Source: Podarcis erhardii (Eukaryota). Taken from it: a DNA stretch of 64,000 nt. The position numbers were made by a program, and so were the translations under genes. Under the pieces are notes generated by a model. That model saw only the letters and a program-made list of their open reading frames with translations. It did not search any database and was not told the DNA's origin. Where the stretch lies: the NCBI GenBank assembly GCA_964252035.1, contig OZ176206.1. One strand, 5' to 3'. Shown here piece after piece: positions 49,671-58,939 of the stretch (positions are counted from its first letter, which is position 1; the number at the start of each line of letters is the position of its first letter).

Positions 49671-50743
49671 TCTACTGGCATTCCTGGTTGCTCACAGGTT
49701 TATTTGGAAGCCTGACTCCCATTACTTTCCCACCTTCCACACTGAACTGACTGGCAGGGATTAGACCCCCCCCCTTACCCATAATGCTTTGGAATCTGCT
49801 GCTAGACGAGCATCGGGACATCTGCACACTGTGGAGCTGAACTGCACACCTGGAAGACTAAGCAACTAGAGAAATGTAAATAGCTAGTATATAAAATAAA
49901 AAGCACTAAAAGCACTATAATCAGCTTTCTAACAGCCACTCAGCCACCTGAGGACCTGCCTTCAGGCTATTAGGCAAGTATGATTTACAAATGTTTTCTT
50001 GTTAAGCCACAAATTCCTAGTGTTAGTGACAAACTGGACAAGAACATTTAAATGTTGAGCAAAACAGCCATGGAGGAGAGGGGACGGCTTTTAGCTCACA
50101 TTTGGTGGACTACTAACTTCTGTAGATTCACTCTTTTAAGGCACCTAAACCATAAGTGGGCATGGGAGTGCCCTCCAGAAAGTCCTGTGCACTACTAATT
50201 AGTTTACTGTGACATGGAACTCTGCATTGCGCTGCCACAGCCTACCATGGCTCTGCTTCTGGGATTCTTTCCAGCCGTTGTACCTGTATTCTGAAGATAC
50301 ATGAATTAGCGCGGGGGGGGGGGGAGACACACCTGATATGCCCATTAACAGAAAAACACCTCAGGAAAAAAGCACTTTGCATCATAGTTGGGAAACTGTG
50401 GAGTTCTCTTACGGCTCTAAAAAGCTAATCCCTAATAGGATTTTGTAGCAGGAGTAGAATGGCACCAGCATTAGAATTCTTGTTAGCTTCTGGTCTTGAG
50501 TGAGTCACCTAAGAGAAAGCCTTCCAGCAGCCAGTGCTTTAAAAAAGGAGAGACATGCTTACAGTTCTCCCATGCACCTTGACAGAGATCCATGGTAGGG
50601 TTTTTTAGAGTCATGAGGTCAATGACTCTGGAGCGGCTGGTTTGCTAGAAAGCAACAGTTTGGCACCTGTCTCCAGCCAAAGCTCGCAGAAGAGCAACAG
50701 CAGATAATTCCAGTTCCACTGGAAGGTCAACCAGGCAGCTTAC

Positions 50744-53083
50744 CTTTTGGAGAGAAGCTGGTGCCATTGCAGGTGCAGCAAAGAGATCTCTGGACACTGT
50801 GTTTTTGCCAGCCAGCACCAGTACGGAACACTCAGCGCATGCTCCGATGGTCAGCTGCTTACCGTCATCCACCAGCAAGCTGCTAGGCACCCGTAAAGAG
50901 CACAGGAACACTGGCAGCCTGGCAACTTGCACCGCTTTTAATCCAAGGCATCGTTTCTTCTCTTGCCTGCAGAAGAAGCAGACAAAAGTCTCCACTTTGT
51001 ACTGCCTGGACCAGGCACTGCTTGGATGGGGGGAATGGTTGCTTTCATGCTGCATCCACTGCCCCAAGAGATCATGGTAACAGAGCACACATGTGGCCAC
51101 TATTCCAGTTGAATCGACAGGCCTAGCCCGAGGAGCTGGTGGGTAAACTGTGAGGAATGGGAAGAATGGCTCCTTCTCACCAAAGCGGCCTGGAGGGTTA
51201 ACACTGATGTGAAACTCCTTCCCTGCTCCCAGTTCAGCTCCACAGATGTAGCAAATGGACACCAAGCCCACTTTGGCCAAACCAGGATGCCGGGCAATGC
51301 TGTTGGACTCCCCAGCTGAAAAGACCTGGTGATACCTGCCCAGGAAGCTCTGCACCGAAGTGATGAACTCCTCATTGTGGCAAGCCCGGTACATGGCCCA
51401 TAGGTCCTGCAGCACACCATAACATTTCCGACAGCTATGGACCTCCCAGTGCTTGTTGAGACCTTTGGCATTGGGAGGGCAAGGAAGGAGGCTGAGGAAG
51501 GGGAAGTGCATGGTTGTTTTGGCATTGCCGTTGGTGATCTTGGCAGAGACTGACCGGCCATCCTTGGTGCAATCCTCCCCACAGAGGTAACATGCTTCCT
51601 GGAGAAGCTGCAGGGGTCCAGGCAGTACCTCCTCTCTTGGAAGAGTCTCCCTCTTAGCCTTGGGGGCTACAGCGTTGAGAGGTACTACATAGAGCCGCTG
51701 CAGGACAGGCACGTTGGCCAACTCAAAGCTTTGCCACTGCTGCATGAGGGAAGCGAAGCAGCAAGAACACACTAAGGTGCTACCAGCGGTGCTGATGGGT
51801 AAAGCCCCCGGAGGAGGGCTGTGCAACCACAGGAAGGGGAAGAAAGGCGCCTTAGAGGCTTTCTCCTGCTTTTGCACGTGAATCCTGTGCTGGGAAGTAG
51901 ACGTCAAGAGGGAGCCGCAAACGTAGCAAACGACTTCTCCTACCGATGGCGGCTCTGCCCCCCAGAGAGGTCTGGGCGCTAGGAGGGCGCTGCCATTCTC
52001 TTTTTGCTCCTCGTCACTGGTGATATTGATCTCGCTCTCCTCGGAGGAGCAGTAACTGGAAAGCTCTCGGCCACTTTCCCCCGGGGGTCGCTTGCCCACC
52101 AACCCGTCGCCTCTTCCTGCTGTATTGAAGGCCCCCGGTGCGCTCCCGCCGCTGCCTCCTGGCGCGCCATGAGCAGCTCTCCAAATCGGCGCCTCGGCTC
52201 CCCAGAGTCTTGCCCGCCGCTGCCTCTTCCTCCGAGGCTTCTCTGCCGGTGGCAGCCCGTTCCCCGGGCGCAAGGGGGCCGCCGCCATCGCCGCCTCCTC
52301 TGGGGGTGGCGGCGGCGGCTGGTTCCACTCGCGGTAACTGGCGCGGCTCCCCATGTGCGCGCTTGGCACCGCGCGCTCTTTGACGCGCCAGTAACCCGGA
52401 CTGCCTTTGGCGCCGCTGTTCCGGCTGGGGGAACGCAGGTCAGGCTCCGAGAGGTTACCGGCGTCAGAGAGAGAGGAAAGCTCAGAGTCTTCGCCGCCGG
52501 CGCCGCAACCTTCTTCCTCGTCGTCGTCGGCCGGCTGGCTCCGGCCGCTGCTGCTACTAGGACGCCGCTCGTCGTCGGCGCCCAGCACGTAGGAGAGGTT
52601 CCACTCTTGGGGGGCCCTGCGCAGCCCGCCGGGCCCCCCCGCCGGCCCGTCGCACTGGTAGGGCCGCTTCAGCCAATACATGCGCTTTTCCACCGGCGTG
52701 CGCGTCCTCTCGAAGGAGTCCCACTGCTCCGCCAGAAAGCAGCGGCAGACGGCGCACACCACGGCGCAGCCCTCCGGAGTCACCTCCTGCGCTCCGGGCG
52801 CCGGCTCTTGGTGCTGCAGGAAAGGGAAAAAAGGCTGGTTGTCGCGGGGGTACTTCACTTGCAGCTTCAGCTCCTTGCCCCGGCTGATCCCGCCGCCGCA
52901 GATGAAGCAGCAGAACGCCGCGTCGGAGGAGGCGGAGGCAGCCGCCGCCAACGCCGCCGGGGACTCGGCACGACAGCAGCTGCCACTCGCCGCTGCTCCT
53001 GCACGCTCGTCCCCGGACGCGATCGCGGCCATCAAGCGCTGCTTGCGCGAGATCGGCGCCTCCTTCTCCGGATAATCGCTCAT
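50744..53083 (-). CDS. GSE1: Large first coding exon (780 codons) of a long GSE1 isoform; five Cys4 (CxxC...CxxC) Plexus-like modules plus a Ser/acidic/Pro/Gly-rich linker
   Basis: 812-codon ORF 50645..53083 starts in a CpG island with Kozak gcaaaATGa. A strong phase-0 donor CAA AAG|gtaagc follows codon 780 (53084-50744=2340 nt). Modules start at C59, C386, C498, C611 and C702. The coding call is very secure. The GSE1 name is from recall of a similar ~2.3-kb far-upstream GSE1 exon in human and of Plexus/GSE1 relatedness, and is not verified. Confidence 0.7.
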
Positions 53084-53750
53084 TTTGCCCTCGGGTAGTC
53101 CCCGCCCGGGCGGGAGCGGCGGCTGCGGGAGGCTCCCCAGGGCTGATCGCTCATCCTGCAGGCGCCGGGTGGCCGGACACGCTCTGGGAGGGAGACGGGC
53201 TGCCGGAGTTGGCTGCGATTAGTTGGTTCCCATCTGCAGACTTGCTGCTGCTGCTGCCGCCGCCGCCGCCGCCACTTTAGGAATGGGTGGGAAGGGACTG
53301 GGATCCGGGCTGCTGCTGGCGGAGGGGGGTTGTTTTTTGGCGTGGGGCGCTCCTGCGGGCAAAGGCTGGAGACGGTTGCCAGCCGCGTCCCGCTCCAGAG
53401 CTAACTTCGGCCGGGTGGAGGAGCAGCAGCCGCCTCTTGTGCAAAGTTTGGCTGCGAACTCGGCAGCGCCATCTCCCTCCCTCCCTGGAGGTGGGTCTCC
53501 TCCGCGCCACCAGCAGCGGCGGCTTCCACAATAAACCAGCCCCCTCGCCTGTCTCTCCCCCACCCCGCGCGCCAAAATCTGCATTGGGGGGAGGAGGGAG
53601 GGAGGGCTTCTTCTCCCTCCTTGCTCAGGCTCGCGGCCAACGATCACACAAGGAAAGCCCCGCTTCGGAGGAGCTTCGCGGCCGTCGCCTGCCCAGAGTC
53701 ACAAGACCTTTCTGAAGCCGAAAGAATATAAAGAGGTTCGTGCGGCTGTA
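51870..53750. promoter_or_regulatory. CpG island / promoter of the minus-strand gene
   Basis: Abrupt rise in GC and CpG relative to the CpG-depleted flanks; GC boxes (CCCGCCC at 53101); (GCT)4(GCC)6 at 53244-53273; covers the ATG and roughly the 5' half of the exon. Confidence 0.85.
53080..53154 (-). CDS. Candidate uORF MSDQPWGASRSRRSRPGGDYPRAK*, stop codon overlapping the main ATG
   Basis: Manual translation from ATG at 53154 (gcaggATGa) gives 24 codons then TGA at 53082-53080, sharing TG with the main ATG (53083-53081). It starts 71 nt upstream, so it is out of frame. Confidence 0.55.
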   Translation of the reverse strand: MSDQPWGASRSRRSRPGGDYPRAK

Positions 53751-53834
53751 GAAAGATTCTTGTTTGCATTTGGACCTGCAACATTCAAGTTCCAATTCTT
53801 ACTAAAGACTTGGAGTGGTTTGTTGGACTGTACA

Positions 53835-53895
53835 GCTGCTTCAGCCTCTGCTTTTCTCATCTGTCAAACGGGAGCAAACACTAGTTACCTATTAA
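53835..53895 (+). mobile_element. Ancient MIR CORE fragment at the edge of the CpG island
   Basis: gcctctgcttttctcatctgtcaaacgggagcaaacactagttacct vs MIR core gcctcagtttcctcatctgtaaaatggggataataatagtacct. Confidence 0.55.
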
Positions 53896-54099
53896 GTTCT
53901 TTCTATTACACATTAATAATATTTGTGCTCATAATGCTATCATCCCACTTTCAATACAATTTCAGCCTGCAGAATGTTTGGGGTGGTGGCACAGCTTCAT
54001 ATCCAATCAGTGCATCACTTCCTGCTGAATTCCCCAAACTTTTTATACCACAAATGTTCTGGTTTTATAGCCCTCCAATAATGCTGTAACATTGGGGAA

Positions 54100-54230
54100 A
54101 CATTGCTGAACAAACAAGGTGTCCTCCAGATGCGTTTGGACTACAACTCCTATCAGCTCCAGCTGGCATGGCCAGTGAGCAGGAATGATGGGAACTGTAG
54201 TCCCATCTGGGGAGCTCTGCCCAGCTGTTA
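54100..54230. mobile_element. hAT MITE (GGACTACAACTCC family)
   Basis: ctccagatgcgtttggactacaactcctatcag...gatgggaactgtagtcc.atctgg. Confidence 0.7.
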
Positions 54231-55454
54231 GAGCATTTGCAAATTAAGGGCTCGTTTTTATTTCTACATATTCATTATTCTGTTTTAAAATGAAAAGCAA
54301 TGGAGGAACATCCAGCCAACACAGACAAAAATCCTGCCACCACCCCCAATCAGATGTTTGGGAACCAAATTTAATTCCCTGCCTCCTCTCTCAGCTGATC
54401 CGCAAAACTCTGGCCTGTGGGAAAGGGCTTGATGGGCATCAACAAGAAATAGTGGTGGTGCAAAGGGAAACTGTACAGGCAAGATGCAGAACAGCCAGTC
54501 TCTCTAAATGGCTCTTGAGACTCTTGACAGGTCACAACCCCTCTCCCTAGGCCACACCCATCACCAGCCCTGCTCCAATGCCCTCATTTAGTGCTCTTGC
54601 ATAACTGAAATATGTCCTCAAACTGTGATCATGCCTCTTCCTTGCCTTCTTGGAGCACAGAGAGGGGTGTGTGACTGTAGAAACCTCTGACTTTGGCATG
54701 GCTGGAATGCAGTCTGCTATACAAAGTAAGAGTCATATGCATTGCTCTACTTGCTTTTGCCTCTGGCTGCACCCACCCCAGCATGTGGCCCCCAGAAGCT
54801 TGCCCAGGAGGCAATTCAGCCCTTGGGTTAAAAAAATAAGGCTTCCCATTCCAGTTGTAAAGCAAAGAAAGCAGAGATCCAGGTTTCAGCAATGCCATCA
54901 CAAACTGTGTCATGGTCATTGACCTCACTTCCACACTAGATGAGTCAACAGCACTTTGTCAAAGTCACTACGTCAAAGGGTGGCATGGCAATTGCACTTA
55001 AAGTCAGGGAAATTGCTGCAAACCATGTCATACAATAGGACAAGCAACCTATAGCTTATATCTGGAAACAATGCCATCTAGATTCTCTGTAAAAACTGAG
55101 TGAATGGCTGAGATCAGCACCAGAAAAAAAAAGACTGATGTGGAAGCACCCCAGCAGCATTTGTCTCTGGAGTAGTTCTTCCTGTGCCAAATAAAAGAAT
55201 GTAGAGGGTGTCATTTTTTAAAAAAGCCACTAAGCACAATTCTTTCCTGCTCAGAACAGGAGTAATTTCATTTCAGAGCCATCTGCACTATAACTTTCCA
55301 AGATGTCAAAAAGTTGCTAGTTTTTCCATCATTCTAGAGCTGTGTAGACTGAAAGGAAAAGGTTATAACAAAGTACGTATAGTGGGGCCATGGGCAATTG
55401 CTTTAGGGTTTTAAAAGAAATAGTTTCATGAAGGACATGGTTTATCAGTGGCTA

Positions 55455-55745
55455 CTGCCAACCTAGCAGCTCCTGCCAACCTAGCAGTTTGAAAGCATGC
55501 CAAAAAGTGCAAGTAGATAAATAGGTACCGCTCTGGCGGTAAGGTATACGGCGTTTCCGTGCACTGTTCTGGTTTTGGTGTTCCATTGCACCAGAAGCGG
55601 TTTAGTCATGCTGGCCACATGACCTGGAAAAACTGTCTGCGGACCAACGCCGGCTCCCTCGGCCTGTAAAGCGAGATGAGCACTGCAACCCCAGAGTGAG
55701 TCGTCTGCAACTGGACTTAACTGTCAGGGGTCCTTTACCTTTTTT
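55455..55745 (+). mobile_element. 5'-truncated Sauria SINE inserted in a CR1 3' remnant (~55405-55875)
   Basis: ctgccaacctagcagtttgaaagc...aagtgcaagtagataaataggtacc...ggtcctttacc; flanks cagtggctact and gaactagatgggccatggcctgacccagc are CR1. Confidence 0.9.
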
Positions 55746-56036
55746 ATATAACTATTACCAACTCTAGGGGCAGGTTCTTACCTTTACACCTTCCATGTGA
55801 GCTTTGAAGGGCAACTGGCTGGTCGCTATTAGACACAGAATGCAGAACTAGATGGGCCATGGCCTGACCCAGCAAAACAGTTATTACTCTCCTGTGTTTA
55901 CACTTTGGAAAACTTTAACCAACTTTTATTTTCACATCTTTTAAAACTGATCGCATTTCCTTCACAACTAGCTCTCTTCTGCCTTAGCAAAGCCTCATTT
56001 TGGCACCAGTAAGGTGGCCTCTTATGCATTGCCTTG

Positions 56037-56298
56037 GGGCTTGTCCACATTTCTGCTTGCCCCTTCACTTACTTCTCAGAAAACTCACTCTTTACCATTA
56101 AATTGGAGGAAATGTCAATTGAGTTTTCTGTGGATTGATGTCTGCTCTGATTCAGCGGTAGAGAAGGGGTTTTCCTAGGGAAAGCAGCAGGGCAAACAGA
56201 AAACTACTTGGACCCATGCCCTGAAAGCAAGGGGCAAGCAGAAAACCACTTGGACCCATGCTTTCTAGGCATGGGACAAGCGAAGTATGGACAAGCCC
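56037..56298. mobile_element. PIF/Harbinger MITE (family of 31420)
   Basis: TIR gggcttgtccacattt / aagtatggacaagccc. Confidence 0.8.
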
Positions 56299-57179
56299 TA
56301 AAAGGAGGAGTTGCATCATTAAAAAAAGAGATTTGCATAAAATTTGCATGTCCTAATTTATAAGTATAGCTGCAGATTTAGAAACAATGACTACCATTTA
56401 AATAGGAATACAATAAGTCTCATCATTGTAGGGAAGACTGGGGCCAGACGACCTGTGTGCCTTCTGTCCAGGGTTGATAGGCAAATTCAGGGCCCACCTG
56501 TTCTCCCTTCATAGGGTTCTTCATTTTTAAATCAGACTTGAACCTGGCAGTCTTTCAAATAGGGCTGTATTCTGACAACCCTTGAAATAGAGAACTATCC
56601 TCTGTAAAATACAAAACATGGTCACCCTACACACCAGAATTCTCTCTGCACTACTTGTAACAATGCTCAAGAAAGAGATGCAGGGTGATATAATGGATAA
56701 GAGTGTCAAAGCAAAATTCAAACGACTGCTTCATAGCTCATGGGGCAACCATATGTCAGTAACTCTTGGGCTGCATACTCATGACCTTTTATTCTAGAAT
56801 CAATGGCTCCTGAGCACCGTTTTTATGCAGTTCACACACAATATAGACCTGTTGCATAATCCCACCCTGAAAAGCACTTATTGAGAAGCTGATTTCAATC
56901 CAAAAATAAAAGCTCAAGGCAGATGGATTCTACAGTGTGTCCATTTGAAAACAAGTAGGTTGTCCCAGCAAAGGATGGGACCAATGATGTTGTGGGTGGA
57001 CATATACCAAGATCACAGTCACCATTTCCTTCTTCATTCACATGGAACATGCATAGGGCAGATAAGGCTTGGATAACCTAACCAAGGGGAGGGTTTTCAG
57101 ATACGCACAATTCAACCACACTCACTCTTGTGGATTGCAGGATCTAGAAACAATACACAGAAGATTGAAAAGCAGCATT

Positions 57180-57420
57180 TTGAACTTAAGAATAGCTCCA
57201 CTGGATCAGGTCAGTGGCCCATCTAGTCCAGTTTTCTCACAATGACTAACCAGATGCCCATGGGAAGTCTGCAAGCAGGAGATAAGCACAACAGCACTCT
57301 CCCCTCCTGTAGTTTCCTGCAATTGGTATTCTGACCATGAAGGTAGAACACAGCCATTGTGGTTGGTAGCCATGATAGCCTTGAGTAAAAGCATGAACAA
57401 TTCCATTTTGAGAAATTCTA
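57180..57420 (-). mobile_element. CR1 3' end
   Basis: gatcaggtcagtggcccatctagtccag...ttctcacaatgactaaccagatgcccatgggaag. Confidence 0.85.
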
Positions 57421-57829
57421 AAATTTTGTGTTACAAATGCATTAATGTGCATGTAGCCATAATCATCCTGAACAGGCACTTCTGAGGCTAAAATGTGGGA
57501 TGGGGGACCTTGTACACCTCCATGAAGTTTTTAGAGGAAGAACAGGATCAAAACAACCACGTAAAATGGGAGATGGTGAAAGAGAAGCTATGGCCTTCTG
57601 TGCCTACTGTGCCAGACCTTCACCAAAAGAAAACTAATCTGGCTGTTTGAGGACCAGGGGTCCAGCATATCCACTAGTCATCTGGGAGAAAATGGCAATT
57701 AGCCACAGGTGGTACAAAACTGTCCTGGATTGTTAAGTCTACAGCTAATTGTGAAATTTGAAAGGTTAGACTAAAATCACTTCAAAGAAAGCCTAGACCT
57801 GGAAGTCCGAAACTTTAAGAAAGGCTGTA

Positions 57830-58320
57830 CATCTGGTCCAGCACCCTGTTCTCACAATGACCAACCATACGCTTATGGGAAGCCTTCAGGTATGGAGACT
57901 GACCTTACAGACAAGCTACATATTCTTCTTAGAATATCATCAGTTCCAAATTTGAGCTAATTCAGAACATACTGGGTAGATACTATCTGGACCTGGTGAT
58001 TTGTTCATTTTTAATTTGTCAATAAGGCCTAAAAATTTGTCACTTGTTATTGCTGCTTGCTTCAGTTCCACGAACTCCCTTCCTGAGAAAATTAGTTCAG
58101 GTACAGGAATCTGCTCTGCAATTTGTAGTGAATACAACTGTACACTTACAGTACATATATGTTGAACTGGACAGCAACACATCACACACCAGGTCCTGGG
58201 CACCATTTAAGTCCAGGGTTGCCTCCCCTCTGGCCAGTTTAATGATCAACTGTTCTAGGAGATCGTCATTTAAACTACTGTATCTACATATTTTATCTCT
58301 CATGACTAGAACATGCATTT
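57830..58320 (-). mobile_element. Internally deleted CR1 ORF2 relic (endonuclease C-terminus joined to pre-RT linker, then 3' UTR)
   Basis: LNDDLLEQLIIKLARGEATLDL.GAQDLVCDV, then QIPVPELIFSGREF.EL.Q..ITSDKFLGLIDKLKMNKSPGPDSIYP. Confidence 0.85.
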
Positions 58321-58939
58321 ACCCAGTCCATGTGACAGTTGCTGATGTCACCTATTGCTACAGCATTTATTCATTTGGATGTCTTCCCATTACCATGGGA
58401 ATTTTGGTCATTGGGGGGAACAGTACACCACCAATTGTAAGTTAGACTTTGTGCCTAGTATTGCCACCCAGTCAGTGGAGGCTGGTCCTTTAGGGGAAAT
58501 GGAGCACTGCCCCCACTCATCTCAGCCTGCCCTCAAATAGCCCCCGCCTGCCCTGCCTGCCTTTTTACTTAAAACCAGTCCAGGGGGCACCAACAACTAG
58601 TGCCCACAGTGATTAAGTCTGCCTCTTTGGCAGATGGAGGTTTCAAACTAACTTTCCCCCAGTAAACTTCCCTTCGTAAAAACAAACAAACAAACAGAGC
58701 CTCAGAAAATAGAACAGGGATTTTTCCTTGTGGCATTCACTTTTGAGCTCAGTTTCAGCGAAATGAATCAAAAGAAAAATGAACAATGCTCCCATAGATT
58801 GCCATGGAACCCCATGAACTCCATTACTACCAAGACATACAATGTCATCTTATACTAAGGCAGATCACTGGTCAGCCGCACCAAACATTGTGCACTGTCA
58901 TTGAGTGACAGCTGTTCTCCAGGTCTCAGGTAAGTCTTT

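Noticed and set aside
1-50743. Second exon of the long GSE1 isoform
   Set aside because: No minus-strand segment with a convincing acceptor, open phase-0 frame, donor and recognisable GSE1 sequence was found by eye; a small exon or one hidden in the N gap cannot be excluded.
52004-53098. 364-aa plus-strand ORF antisense to the main exon
   Set aside because: Shadow ORF of GC-rich coding DNA in a CpG island; Arg/Ala/Gly-rich with no domain signal.
53219-53715. Overlapping 79-142-aa ORFs in the promoter region
   Set aside because: Expected in stop-poor GC-rich DNA; no homology recognised and not in frame with the main ORF. They could act as further uORFs only if the TSS is that far upstream.
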